DNA of 64,000 nucleotides from Syntrophomonadaceae bacterium (GTDB taxonomy: Bacteria > Bacillota > Dethiobacteria > DTU022 > UBA8154). The notes under the pieces were generated by a model, which ran no database searches, had not been told where the DNA came from, and saw only the letters and a list, made by a program, of their open reading frames with translations. Position numbers and translations under genes: made by a program. The stretch lies in assembly GCA_003556225.1 (NCBI GenBank), contig PWRN01000100.1:12125-76124 (forward strand). Direction: 5' to 3'. Shown piece after piece: positions 27,852 to 39,088 of this stretch. Each line of letters starts with the position of its first letter. The first letter of the stretch is position 1.

Positions 27852-29150
27852 TTATTTTTGCAAGCCGAGGCGTTGAAAAATCCGGGGAACATGCCGCAGG
27901 TTACGCCTGTAATCAAAACAGGCCTCCAGCTCCTCCATCGTGAGCCGGGAGCTGATCCAGGGATCCTGTTGCAAGAGCTGCTTAAAGGGGGTGCGCGTTT
28001 CCCAGGCCTGCATAGCGTGCTGCTGCACGCGGTCGTAGGCCTCCTCCCTGGAAATGCCGCCTTCCACCAGGCTGAGCAGGACATTCTGTGAATATACCAA
28101 TCCCAGGGTTTTCTCCAGGTTGGCTTGCATATTTTCCGGGTAGACGTGCAGGCCCGAGATAATGCGGACCATCTGGTGGATCATGTAGTCCAGCAAGATG
28201 GTCGCATCGGGGAAAATGACCCGCTCTGCCGAGGAGTGGGAGATGTCGCGCTCATGCCAGAGGGGCATATTCTCCAGGGCTACCCCGGCATGGGCACGAA
28301 CCAGGCGGGCCAGTCCGCTAATCTGCTCACACGAAACGGGATTTCGCTTGTGGGGCATGGCCGAAGAACCTTTTTGCCCCGCGTAAAAAGGTTCTTCCAC
28401 TTCGCGAACCTCTGTTTTCTGCAGGCTGCGGATTTCAACTGCAAATTTATCCAGGGTCGAGGCCAGCAAGGCCAAAACCGAGATAAATTCCGCGTGGTTG
28501 TCGCGCTGCAAAATCTGGGTGGAAATGGGGGCAGGTTTCAAGCCCAGTCGCCGGCAAACCTGCTCTTCCACCCCCGGATCCAGCTGTGCATAAGTTCCCA
28601 CCGCCCCGGATATTTTTCCGTAGGAGACGGCTTCCGTGGCCTGCTGCAAGCGGTGGGCATGACGGCCCAGTTCATCCCACCACAGTGCAAACTTCAGACC
28701 GAGCGTAATAGGCTCGGCATGCACCCCGTGGGTCCGGCCAACCATGACCGTGTCCCGGTGAACCAGGGCCTGCTCCTGGAGCGCCCGGGAAAGCTCGGAC
28801 AAGCCCCTGGCAAGCAATCGGGCCGCTTCCTGCAGGAGCAGCGAAAGGGCCGTATCCACCACGTCATAGGAAGTCAGGCCGTAGTGAAAAAACCGCGATT
28901 CTGCACCCAGGCTTTCCGCAACGCAGCGGGTAAACGCCACTACGTCATGCCGGGTAGTCTTTTCGATCTCCAGGATCCGTTCCACGCTAAATGCCGCCTT
29001 ATGCTCGATATCCCGGGCTGCCTCCCGGGGGATCGTCCCGCTTTCGGCCAGCACCTGGCAAACGGCCACTTCGATATCCAGAAATTTTTGGTAGCGGTTT
29101 TCCAGCGTCCAGATGCGGCCCATCTCGGGCCTGGTATAACGTTCAATCAA
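27852..29150 (-). CDS. purB: adenylosuccinate lyase
   Basis: The fumarate-lyase signature [10 protein letters not shown] is present. The likely start is the TTG at 29150, giving (M)IERYTRPEM, 7 nt after GAGGT. Confidence 0.94.
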   Translation of the reverse strand: MIERYTRPEMGRIWTLENRYQKFLDIEVAVCQVLAESGTIPREAARDIEHKAAFSVERILEIEKTTRHDVVAFTRCVAESLGAESRFFHYGLTSYDVVDTALSLLLQEAARLLARGLSELSRALQEQALVHRDTVMVGRTHGVHAEPITLGLKFALWWDELGRHAHRLQQATEAVSYGKISGAVGTYAQLDPGVEEQVCRRLGLKPAPISTQILQRDNHAEFISVLALLASTLDKFAVEIRSLQKTEVREVEEPFYAGQKGSSAMPHKRNPVSCEQISGLARLVRAHAGVALENMPLWHERDISHSSAERVIFPDATILLDYMIHQMVRIISGLHVYPENMQANLEKTLGLVYSQNVLLSLVEGGISREEAYDRVQQHAMQAWETRTPFKQLLQQDPWISSRLTMEELEACFDYRRNLRHVPRIFQRLGLQK

Positions 29151-29264
29151 GAAAAACACCTCATTTTATGCGGTAAAGTGGGCCAGGCGTGCTGCGAAAT
29201 AAACCCTTGTTCATCGCTTGCTGTCCGCTGAAAAATTCCGTGCCTGCTGGAGGCTTCCTGCTTT

Positions 29265-29777
29265 TTACTTGCTTTCCAGGTAGCGTTTGTAACCTATTTC
29301 CTGCAACCTGTCATTTTTCGACTTGACCTGCCGGGCAAGTTCTTCTTTGTAGGCCGTGACCTTATGCCGGAGCTGCGGATCTCCGCTGGCCAGGATCTGG
29401 ACCGCCAAGATCCCGGCATTAAAGGCCCCGTCAATGGCCACCGTGGCTACGGGCACCCCCCGCGGCATCTGCACCGAGGCGTAAAGGGCGTCGAGCCCGT
29501 TAAGCGCCGAGCCGCTCAGGGGCACAGCGATGACCGGCAGCGGCGTATGTGCGGCGATCACTCCGGCGAGGTGCGCCGCACTGCCCGCTCCGGCTACAAT
29601 CACTTCAATGCCTTTGGCTGCGGCGTTCTTTGCCATCTCCGCGGTTTTTTCCGGCACCCTGTGAGCGGAAGAAATCATCACTTCATAAGGAATTTCAAAC
29701 CGTTCCAAGGCCTCCAGGCATGCCGCCATCGTTGGTAAATCAGAATCGCTCCCCATCAGGACACAAACCCTAGTCAT
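29265..29777 (-). CDS. purE: N5-carboxyaminoimidazole ribonucleotide mutase (class I-like PurE)
   Basis: MGSDSDL and SSAHRVPEK motifs. ATG behind AGGAGGGTG. Confidence 0.93.
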   Translation of the reverse strand: MTRVCVLMGSDSDLPTMAACLEALERFEIPYEVMISSAHRVPEKTAEMAKNAAAKGIEVIVAGAGSAAHLAGVIAAHTPLPVIAVPLSGSALNGLDALYASVQMPRGVPVATVAIDGAFNAGILAVQILASGDPQLRHKVTAYKEELARQVKSKNDRLQEIGYKRYLESK

Positions 29778-29826
29778 GATGCTTCACCCTCCTGTAGAAG
29801 TCTTTGATCACAATGATATTCCATGT

Positions 29827-31365
29827 CTACTCCCACTCAATGGTCCCGGGAGGTTTTGTTGTGAGGTCGTAAACAAAACGGTTGACCTGGGGAAGATCGT
29901 TCACCAGGCGGTTGGAAATCCGTTCCAAGACTTCATAGGGAAAAGGATACCAGTCCGCCGTCATGCCATCCTGGCTCGTCACGGCCCGCAAAACGATGGT
30001 ATGCCCGTACATCCGGCAGTCCCCTTTCACCCCCACACTCAGGATATCCGGCAGCACGGCAAAAGCCTGCCAAATTTCCCGGTACAGCCCGGCCTTTTTG
30101 ATCTCATCGATCACAATGGCATCGGCTTCCTGCAGCAGGGTCAGTTTTTCCGGGGTGACCTCTCCGATGACCCGCACCGCCAATCCCGGCCCCGGAAAAG
30201 GATGCCGCCAGACGATCTCTTCGGGGAGCGCCAGTTCAGCGGCCAATTTGCGTACCTCGTCTTTAAACAGGTACTTGAGCGGCTCAATCAACGAGAATTT
30301 CATGTCCGGGGGCAGCCCACCCACATTGTGATGGGACTTGATCACCGCGGCGGTGGCCGTTCCGCTTTCAATCACATCGGGATAAAGGGTCCCCTGGACC
30401 AGGAAATCCACCCGCCCCAGCCTTTCGGCTTCTCGCTCAAAAACCCGGATGAAGTGGTTGCCGATCACTTTCCTCTTTTCCTCCGGATCGATCACCCCCT
30501 GCAGCCGCTGGAGAAACTCCTCCCGGGCATCCACGGCAACCAGGTTCATGTGAAACTGCCCCCGGAAGGTTTCCAGCACCTGTTCCTTTTCTCCTTTACG
30601 TAGCAGACCGTGATCAACAAAAATGCAGGTCAAGCGGTCACCCAGGGCCCGGTGCAAGAGCACGGCGGCCACGGAAGAATCGATGCCTCCACTCAGTCCA
30701 CAAACCGCCTTTCCTTCCGGGCCGACTTCCGCCTGGACTTCCTCGATGCTGGTATCAATAAAGTTTTCCATGGTCCAGTTTCCGGAGAACCTGCAGATGC
30801 GAAACAAGAAGTTGCCGAGAATGTGCTGACCCTGGGGCGTATGGATCACCTCGGGATGGAACTGCAGACCGTAAAACCCCCGGTGCCTGTCAGCGATGGC
30901 GGCAATGGGGGTATTATCGCTCTCCGCAATGGTTTCAAAACCTTCCGGGACACGGGTGACGTAATCCCCGTGGCTCATCCAGGCCGTAAAGCGATTTCCC
31001 AGGCCGCTCAGCAGGCTGTTGTTCTTTTTAATGTTGATATAGGTTTTACCGTATTCCTGGTTGCGGGCCCTGACTACGTCACCGCCCAGGTCCTGGGCCA
31101 TGACCTGCATCCCGTAGCAGATCCCCAACAAAGGCACACCCAGCTCGTACAGACGAACATCGCAGCGGGGGGCATCTTCGACATAAACGCTGCCAGAACC
31201 TCCAGAAAAAATAAGAGCTCCGGGCCCGGCAGCTTCAATTTTTTCGTAAGGTGTATTGTATGGAACGATTTCACAGTAAACCTTGTGCTCCCTCACTCTC
31301 CGTGCAATTAACTGGGTGTACTGTCCACCAAAGTCAACAATGATGACCTTCTCTGAACTTAACAT
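29827..31365 (-). CDS. guaA: GMP synthase (glutamine-hydrolysing)
   Basis: N-terminal GATase ([16 protein letters not shown]), ATP-PPase P-loop [10 protein letters not shown] and a C-terminal ...PPGTIEWE. Confidence 0.96.
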   Translation of the reverse strand: MLSSEKVIIVDFGGQYTQLIARRVREHKVYCEIVPYNTPYEKIEAAGPGALIFSGGSGSVYVEDAPRCDVRLYELGVPLLGICYGMQVMAQDLGGDVVRARNQEYGKTYINIKKNNSLLSGLGNRFTAWMSHGDYVTRVPEGFETIAESDNTPIAAIADRHRGFYGLQFHPEVIHTPQGQHILGNFLFRICRFSGNWTMENFIDTSIEEVQAEVGPEGKAVCGLSGGIDSSVAAVLLHRALGDRLTCIFVDHGLLRKGEKEQVLETFRGQFHMNLVAVDAREEFLQRLQGVIDPEEKRKVIGNHFIRVFEREAERLGRVDFLVQGTLYPDVIESGTATAAVIKSHHNVGGLPPDMKFSLIEPLKYLFKDEVRKLAAELALPEEIVWRHPFPGPGLAVRVIGEVTPEKLTLLQEADAIVIDEIKKAGLYREIWQAFAVLPDILSVGVKGDCRMYGHTIVLRAVTSQDGMTADWYPFPYEVLERISNRLVNDLPQVNRFVYDLTTKPPGTIEWE

Positions 31366-31444
31366 CTGGCAATGGCTCCTTCGCGATACCTGGAAATTGG
31401 ACGACTCATTATTTCGGTAAAGGCATTTCTATTTCCTGCCCGAA

Positions 31445-31480
31445 AAGAAAAAAACCGGGAGATGCTCCCGGTTTTTTTCG
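31445..31480. terminator. bidirectional intrinsic terminator between groEL and guaA
   Basis: AAAAAAACCGGGAG-ATG-CTCCCGGTTTTTTT is a symmetric hairpin with A/T runs on both sides. Confidence 0.8.
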
Positions 31481-31503
31481 AAAAGGATTGACCCGCTTCT
31501 GGC

Positions 31504-33132
<1,629 letters not shown>

Positions 33133-33172
33133 TTAATTCCCTCCTGGTAAAATAGTGTAAGTAACGTCCTGC

Positions 33173-33463
33173 TTAGGCATAGACGGCCAGTATATCATCC
33201 TGGCGCAAAATCAGGTATTCTTCTCCATCCAGCTTCACTTCCGAACCGGCATACTTGGAAAAGATCACCTTGTCTCCAACTTTTACATCCATCTGCACCC
33301 GGGTTCCGTCATCGAGAATCCGACCATCTCCTACTGCCTTCACTTCACCCTCCTGGGGCTTTTCTTTGGCCTTGTCGGGGAGAACAATGCCTGAGCTGGT
33401 TTTCTCCTCCTTTTCCAGGACCTTAATGATCACGCGATCGCCTAGGGGTTTAAGATTCATCAT
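33173..33463 (-). CDS. groES: co-chaperonin GroES
   Basis: 96 aa, [14 protein letters not shown].... Confidence 0.97.
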   Translation of the reverse strand: MMNLKPLGDRVIIKVLEKEEKTSSGIVLPDKAKEKPQEGEVKAVGDGRILDDGTRVQMDVKVGDKVIFSKYAGSEVKLDGEEYLILRQDDILAVYA

Positions 33464-33512
33464 GTCATACCTCCTTGCTAAATTGTGTATTTTGATGGAT
33501 TAATCCTCATTA

Positions 33513-33539
33513 TTAGCACTCACCTTTAGTGAGTGCTAA
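33513..33539. promoter_or_regulatory. CIRCE operator (HrcA binding site)
   Basis: TTAGCACTC-ACCTTTAGT-GAGTGCTAA matches the TTAGCACTC-N9-GAGTGCTAA consensus perfectly. It lies about 50 nt upstream of groES. Confidence 0.93.
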
Positions 33540-33551
33540 TCAACCATAGCT

Positions 33552-33581
33552 ATCATACCGGCAATCATGGACAGAAGGCAA
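33552..33581 (-). promoter_or_regulatory. candidate sigma-A promoter of groES-groEL
   Basis: The minus strand reads TTGCCT-N18-TATGAT, and the -10 box lies 12 nt upstream of CIRCE. Confidence 0.45.
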
Positions 33582-33584
33582 ACC

Positions 33585-33608
33585 AAAAAAAATGGCTTCA
33601 AGAGCCAT
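33585..33608 (-). terminator. intrinsic terminator after the Moco gene cluster
   Basis: The minus strand reads ATGGCT-CTTGA-AGCCAT followed by TTTTTTT. Confidence 0.55.
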
Positions 33609-33680
33609 AGATGTTAATGAACGAGGATTATCGTTTTATTTCTTCATAATTCTCCTATTTGCTCAATATTTCATCCGTCC

Positions 33681-34229
33681 TTAACCATCGCACTCCGGCA
33701 GACCCTGGCGAACCTGGCAATCGGATACGGAGCCCTGCAGCAGTTCCACCGCATGGGGGATCACGGGAATAACCACGTCCAGGCACTCGCGGACCGCCTT
33801 GGGGCTCCCCGGCAAGTTAATAATTAATGTTTGCCCCCGCACACCACAGACTGCCCGGGAAAGCATGGCATGGCGTGTTTTGATTAAACTTTCCTGCCGC
33901 ATGGCCTCGGCAATCCCGGGAACCTGCTTCTCAATGACCTCCAGCGTGGCATCCGGGGTAAAATCGCGCGGTGCCAGCCCGGTCCCTCCCGTGGTCAACA
34001 GCAGGGAAACTTTTTCCCTGTCGGCAATCCGGATCATCTCTTCTTTCAGTTTTTCCTTTTCATCGGGAACAACCCCGCAGCAAACCACTTCCCAACCCAG
34101 CGCTTCCACCCTTTCCCGGATCGCCGGGCCGCTTAAATCTTCCCGTTCACCCCGGGAACTGCGGTCGCTGGCCGTAATAATCGCTACCTTCACGTTCACC
34201 GGGCAGCTCTCTCGTTTATGCTTGTCCAT
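33681..34229 (-). CDS. moaB: molybdenum cofactor biosynthesis protein MoaB/MogA family
   Basis: VAIITASDR...GEREDLSGP, LLLTTGGTGLAPRD and INLPGSPKA motifs. The start is uncertain; the ATG at 34229 was chosen and the track ORF is 18 codons longer. Confidence 0.85.
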   Translation of the reverse strand: MDKHKRESCPVNVKVAIITASDRSSRGEREDLSGPAIRERVEALGWEVVCCGVVPDEKEKLKEEMIRIADREKVSLLLTTGGTGLAPRDFTPDATLEVIEKQVPGIAEAMRQESLIKTRHAMLSRAVCGVRGQTLIINLPGSPKAVRECLDVVIPVIPHAVELLQGSVSDCQVRQGLPECDG

Positions 34230-34403
34230 TTGTTCAGACACCCTTTTCTGTTGGGATTGCTTTTGCCTTCGCCCGGGAAACAAGATAGAAAAGCAGGTTC
34301 CCCTGGACCGAAGGGTTCTGGTAGATATGTTGCTTTAAACCTTTCCCTTGAACCCAAACCTTTTGTGTCGCAACGTTCGCAGCAAATCCGGGCAGATAAC
34401 CGC

Positions 34404-36329
34404 TTAAGGAGCCGGGACAGCTTGAATTCTCCCGCTTTCCGCCAGGTCATACCCACCCATGCGTTCTACGGCCTCCCGGAAGGCCGGAGAGCTGATGATC
34501 GCCTGCACGGCCTGGAAAGGTTCGCTGTTGATGAACTCCCGGGTCGCGGCCAGTTCATAGGGTTCCCAGGTCAGGGGGATGAATTCAACCTCCAGGGCCT
34601 GCGCCGCGGCACGGATACCCAGGCCGGCATCGGCGCTGCCCGCGCGAACGGCAGCCGCCACAGCGAGATGGTTGTATTCCTCCCGGTTGTAACCCTGTAT
34701 GGCCGCCGCATCCAGACCAATTTTCTTCAGTTCATAGTCCAGGAACAGACGCGTGCCCGCACCTTTTTGTCGGTTGATAAAGACCACGGCTGTGTTAGCC
34801 AGGTCCTCCAGGGAATAGATTTGCCTGGGATTACCAGGTGCAACGATTAAGCCCAGCTCTCTTTTCGCCAGGTGGACCAAAAACAGCTCCATTTCGGATA
34901 AATAACGCTGCAGGTAGGGGATATTATATTGCCCGCTTTCCAGGTCGAGCAGGTGGATCCCCGCCAGGTGAACTTCTTTTCGCTTTAACGCCATGATGCC
35001 TCCCATGCTGCCCACGTGAGCCGAGGAGAGCGCATACCGGCTTTCTGCGCGGCGCAAAAAGTCAGAGAGAATATCCAGGCTTAAATCATGGCTGCCCAGG
35101 CAGACAACGGTATTTTCGATCTCCGCCTGGGGACGCCATAATTCTGCTGGAAACCTTTCCCCCGTTTCCAGACCCTCCTTGTCCTGGGAAATCCCGGTTG
35201 AACCGTCGGCCCGCACCAGGGACATGGAAACGCCCGAGCCCCGGGGCAAGGGGGTTGCAACCAGGCGGTCATCGACCTTTCCGATTTTTAAGCGGATAAA
35301 TTCTTCGTCCTTCAACGAGGAGAGCACCCGCCTGGAACTGTAGACCTCCGCCCGGGGATGCCCGGGCGGGGCCTGCTTCTGCCAGCGGTAAAGCAGCGGC
35401 TTGACAAACAACTCCAGGACCATGTAGGCCGCCACGGGGTATCCCGGAACACCGATCACCGGGGTTGAACCAATTTTGCCCAGGATCACCGGTTTGCCTG
35501 GCTTCATAGCCACACCGTGCACCAGTACTTCACCCAGCTGTGATAAAATTTCAACCGTATGATCCCGACGACCGGCGGAAGAACCGGCGCTGATCAAGAG
35601 GAGGTCGCCACGGTCGGCCGCTTCCTGCACCGCTGTGTGCAGCGCCGCCGGGTCATCCTGGACGATGGGAAATCTCAGGGGCTCACCGCCCCATGCCCGC
35701 ACGGCGGATTCAAACATGTACGAGTTTGATTCGGTGATCTTGCCCGGCGCGGGGATTTCTCCGGGTGGAACCAGCTCGGAGCCGGTAGGAAGAATGGCAA
35801 CCACCGGCTTTTTAAAGACATTGACCCGGTAGACGCCTCCATTTAACAGGGCCGCCAGGTCAAAAGGCCTGATCTTGTGGAAGGAAGGTAAAAGCATTTC
35901 CGTGGCCACGATATCTTCTCCGATGGAGCGGACATGCTGCCAGGGCGTGGCCGGGGAACGGATCTCCAGGAGATTTTTGTTTTCCGGGTCCGGGTAGGAG
36001 ACTTCTTCGATCATGATTACCGCGTCACATCCCCGGGGCACGATTCCCCCGGTATCCACGAAAAAAGCGTCTTCTCCCAGGAGCAGCTGCCGGGGAGATG
36101 TCAGGGTGGCACCAAAGGTCCGGGAAGCCTCCACCGCAATCCCATCCATGGCCGCTGCGTGGTAGTGAGGTGAGGAAATGGCAGCAAACACGGGTTCTGC
36201 GGTCACCCTGTCCAGGGTTTCCGTGGTGGGAATGAACTCACCCTTCAGCGGATCATGCAGGGCATGCTCTAAAAAAAGGTTTTGCGCCTTTTTCAACGGT
36301 GTATTGCTCAAGTAAACGTTTCTTTCCAA
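34404..36329 (-). CDS. moeA: molybdopterin molybdotransferase MoeA fused to a C-terminal PBP-like (periplasmic-binding-protein fold) domain
   Basis: The first ~400 aa are MoeA-like (SPHYHAAAMDGIAV, LLLISAGSSAGRRDH, VAMKPGKP). The last ~230 aa resemble the PBP_like domain known to accompany MoeA or HTH domains. TTG start behind GGAAGGAGGGG. Confidence 0.85.
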   Translation of the reverse strand: MERNVYLSNTPLKKAQNLFLEHALHDPLKGEFIPTTETLDRVTAEPVFAAISSPHYHAAAMDGIAVEASRTFGATLTSPRQLLLGEDAFFVDTGGIVPRGCDAVIMIEEVSYPDPENKNLLEIRSPATPWQHVRSIGEDIVATEMLLPSFHKIRPFDLAALLNGGVYRVNVFKKPVVAILPTGSELVPPGEIPAPGKITESNSYMFESAVRAWGGEPLRFPIVQDDPAALHTAVQEAADRGDLLLISAGSSAGRRDHTVEILSQLGEVLVHGVAMKPGKPVILGKIGSTPVIGVPGYPVAAYMVLELFVKPLLYRWQKQAPPGHPRAEVYSSRRVLSSLKDEEFIRLKIGKVDDRLVATPLPRGSGVSMSLVRADGSTGISQDKEGLETGERFPAELWRPQAEIENTVVCLGSHDLSLDILSDFLRRAESRYALSSAHVGSMGGIMALKRKEVHLAGIHLLDLESGQYNIPYLQRYLSEMELFLVHLAKRELGLIVAPGNPRQIYSLEDLANTAVVFINRQKGAGTRLFLDYELKKIGLDAAAIQGYNREEYNHLAVAAAVRAGSADAGLGIRAAAQALEVEFIPLTWEPYELAATREFINSEPFQAVQAIISSPAFREAVERMGGYDLAESGRIQAVPAP

Positions 36330-36406
36330 TCTGCAGCCCCTCCTTCCTTTCAGATCTTTCGGAGGTCGATTTGCTTTTCCCTTTTCTCCCGAACCGGCCC
36401 TGGGAC

Positions 36407-37744
36407 TTACCAGGTGAATACTTTGACCCGGACGCCTTTGTTTAGCCCCTCGGAATCGCGAGGGATCACGAAATAGCCGTCGCCCTGGATAACGGGGTTT
36501 AACAGCCCCGGCCCCCCATAAACCGGCCGGGCCCGGGGCAGGTCAAGCTTATCAGCAGGAAGAGAGCCTGTATTTTCGGAATAAAGGACGACACGGACGT
36601 AATCCTCCCGCCCCCCCAGGGAAGAATAGTTGGTGTCGAGAAGCGCTTCCACGTACGGGAGGTAAGTCTCAAAAGGCTTAAGCCCCCGGAGCTGGCGCAG
36701 CAGCGGCTTGACAAACAACAGAAAGCCGAACATGGCCGAAACCGGATTGCCGGAGAGCCCGAAAACGGGTTTTCCCGTCCCTGCTCCGTAGATCAGGGGC
36801 TTGCCCGGGCGCATGGAAACCCCGTGAAACATCACGCCGTCACCGGGCAAATCATCGATAACCCGGGCCGTCACGTCCCTGGTTCCCACGGAGCTGCCTC
36901 CGGAAATCAAGACAACGTCGGCATCCTCCAGGGCGCGGACCAGGTTGAGCTTCAATTCTTCCGCGCTATCCCTGACGATACCGAGGTATGCGGGTTCGCC
37001 CCCACTCTCCCGGACCTGGGCAGACAGGGTCAATCCATTCACATCGCGGATTTGACCCGGCTCCGGCGATGCCTCGGGGGGTACCACCTCATCTCCCGTA
37101 GAAATGATGGCCACCCGGGGGACAGAAAAAACCTGCAGCCCGTTGATGCCCAGGGCGGCTAAAATTCCCAGGTCCTGCGGCCTGATTTGATGCCCTGGGG
37201 CCAGGACCTCATCCCCGGGCCTGTAATCCTCCCCTGCGGAAAGCACGTTTTCCAGCGGGGCGGCGGGGCGATAAACGGCCACCTGCCCGCCCAGGATCTC
37301 GGCATACTCTACCATCACAACGCTATCACTGCCTTCCGGGAGCATGCCGCCTGTGGCAATCTCCATGGATTCAGCAGGCCCCAGTTTCCCCGGGGGCGCC
37401 TGCCCCATGGGCACTTTTCCTGTTAAATGGAGAAGCGCCGGCAAACTTTCGGAGGCCCCGAAGGTGTCCTCTGCACGAACAGCAAAACCGTCCATCGTGG
37501 AGCGGGCATACGCGGGAGCCATTTCCGGGGAAACCACCGGTCGAGCCGTCACCCGACCGAGCGTTTCGGCCGTGGGGACCCACACCTCCGGCAACCTGAA
37601 GCCTTCCAGGGAACGCAGGATTCGCTCCTGGGCCTCCTGCACAGGCAGTACGGTTAACACATCGGCACCTCGTTTCACAACTTCTATGCGCCTCCCTGCC
37701 GCTGAAACCAAAGAAAGGATCAACGACCCCGGCAGAGAGGGCAC
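36407..37744 (-). CDS. moeA: molybdopterin molybdotransferase MoeA (second paralogue)
   Basis: STMDGFAV, VVLISGGSSVGTRD and VSMRPGKP motifs. The true start is probably the GTG at 37660, (M)LTVLPVQEAQERIL, behind GAGGTG. The track ORF start at 37744 has no RBS. Confidence 0.88.
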   Translation of the reverse strand: MPSLPGSLILSLVSAAGRRIEVVKRGADVLTVLPVQEAQERILRSLEGFRLPEVWVPTAETLGRVTARPVVSPEMAPAYARSTMDGFAVRAEDTFGASESLPALLHLTGKVPMGQAPPGKLGPAESMEIATGGMLPEGSDSVVMVEYAEILGGQVAVYRPAAPLENVLSAGEDYRPGDEVLAPGHQIRPQDLGILAALGINGLQVFSVPRVAIISTGDEVVPPEASPEPGQIRDVNGLTLSAQVRESGGEPAYLGIVRDSAEELKLNLVRALEDADVVLISGGSSVGTRDVTARVIDDLPGDGVMFHGVSMRPGKPLIYGAGTGKPVFGLSGNPVSAMFGFLLFVKPLLRQLRGLKPFETYLPYVEALLDTNYSSLGGREDYVRVVLYSENTGSLPADKLDLPRARPVYGGPGLLNPVIQGDGYFVIPRDSEGLNKGVRVKVFTW

Positions 37745-37779
37745 CGGCAGTAGGCGAAATCGGAAAAACCACGGCCGGG

Positions 37780-37807
37780 AAAAAAGATCCGGGTCCCGCA
37801 GGGACCC
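37780..37807 (-). terminator. possible terminator after the 55-aa ORF
   Basis: The minus strand reads GGGTCCC-TGC-GGGACCC, then GGATC, then TTTTTT. The spacer before the T-run weakens the call. Confidence 0.4.
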
Positions 37808-37870
37808 AAGCGAGCTTCCCGGGTCCCCCGTACTACCTGGACACCCGGGTCCAAATCTCGTTATTTCCCT

Positions 37871-38038
37871 TTAGAAGCAGCCCAGCTGGCAGTTGACGAT
37901 TTTAATTTTGAGCTCATTGCAAAAATCTCCCACCTCTGCAACGGAAACATTGTGTTCCCGGGCGATTTTAAACGCCATGACACAGGGAAGTTTTCCTTTT
38001 GGCGCTGATTCCTGCAGCTTTTTCTTCACTTCTTCCAC
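37871..38038 (-). CDS. small Cys-containing protein (55 aa), not in the ORF track
   Basis: The GTG at 38036-38038 is preceded by GGAAGGAGGG (7-nt spacer). Translation: (M)EEVKKKLQESAPKGKLPCVMAFKIAREHNVSVAEVGDFCNELKIKIVNCQLGCF, then a TAA stop at 37871-37873. A TATAAT box lies about 68 nt upstream at 38106-38111. Confidence 0.5.
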   Translation of the reverse strand: MEEVKKKLQESAPKGKLPCVMAFKIAREHNVSVAEVGDFCNELKIKIVNCQLGCF

Positions 38039-38304
38039 GTTTATTCCCTCCTTCCTGACGGACCATCATAGGATTGTTGCCGCACTGCACGTACAAGCCA
38101 ACGCTATTATACCTTAATTACTTTGTGAATTAAAGCAGGTGTAAAGAAAGAGCGGGTAGAAATGAAGGGAAAGAAAGCATGACAGGGCTCTGACAGCCAG
38201 AAATCTCGCCGATGATCAGACGGACTTGGGGGCGCCAGGCCAGCGTGGACCGTGACAGTCGTGCAACAAAAAGCGCATGTCTTGAATCATAAGGAGGGAC
38301 CCGG

Positions 38305-39066
38305 TTGAAAAAACTGCTGCAGGGAATGTTCTTCGGGTTATCCCTGATCCTGCCCGGCATGAGCGGGGGGACGGCATTTGTGATGATGGGCATGTACACC
38401 CGCGTGCTCGATGATTTGTCTTCTTTAAATTTTAAACCGTATCTGGGCTTTGGCCTGGGAACCGGGGGCGGTCTTCTCCTCTGGGCTTTTGTGGTCAGCC
38501 ACCTGCTGGAAACATGGCCGGGCCCCGTGCATGCCTTTCTCCTGGGAGCCCTGTGGGCTTCTGCCCCTCTCCTTTTGAAAGACCGTGACCAGCGGTTGCA
38601 CACACCTTTCACCGCCATGCGGAGTGTTTATCTTCTGGCGGGATTATTGCTGGGTCTGGCCATCGCCGTAGAGCCCCTGGCCGTTTTCCAGTTGGGGAAT
38701 CCCCGTGCGTATCCAGTCGTTTTCCTGGCCGGCGTCATTTCCAGCGCAACCATGCTGATCCCCGGGGTCTCAGGCAGCGCGGTGCTGCTGATCCTGGGGA
38801 TGTACTATGAAATCCTGGGCTTCCTGCGCCAGTTTGCCTGGCTTCCGCTGGGCATCTTTGTCCTGGGTTGTGTCCTGGGCATCCTCGGCCTGGCACGCTT
38901 CCTCCATTTTTTCTACTTGCGTTACCGGTCATTTTTTTCTTTTTTTGTTGCCGGGCTGATCATTGGTTCGGGACGCACCCTGTTTCCAGCAGAAATAACC
39001 CCTGCTGTCTTTCTCGCCGCGGCAGCAGGGGCTTTGATCGTCACAAAATGGGGTGGGAACAATTGA
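38305..39066 (+). CDS. DUF368-family membrane protein (the family includes undecaprenyl-phosphate translocase PopT)
   Basis: The N-terminal GLSLILPGMSGGTAFVMMGMY and the second LIPGVSGSAVLLILGMY match the duplicated PGxSGG(T/S) motif of DUF368. TTG start behind GGAGGG. Confidence 0.85.
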   Translation: MKKLLQGMFFGLSLILPGMSGGTAFVMMGMYTRVLDDLSSLNFKPYLGFGLGTGGGLLLWAFVVSHLLETWPGPVHAFLLGALWASAPLLLKDRDQRLHTPFTAMRSVYLLAGLLLGLAIAVEPLAVFQLGNPRAYPVVFLAGVISSATMLIPGVSGSAVLLILGMYYEILGFLRQFAWLPLGIFVLGCVLGILGLARFLHFFYLRYRSFFSFFVAGLIIGSGRTLFPAEITPAVFLAAAAGALIVTKWGGNN

Positions 39067-39088
39067 TGAATATGACGATAAGGTTTAG

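Noticed and set aside
31366-31503. Looked for a purine (guanine/adenine) riboswitch or PurR-type box upstream of guaA and purE.
   Set aside because: After the groEL terminator only about 80 nt remain before guaA, and they do not match the conserved purine-riboswitch junction sequences as I recall them. The guaA-purE gap is only about 50 nt. An Rfam scan would settle it.
38130-38618. 162-aa minus-strand ORF overlapping the DUF368 gene start.
   Set aside because: It is antisense to a gene with clear duplicated DUF368 motifs. Its translation is Arg/Pro-rich and it has no RBS.
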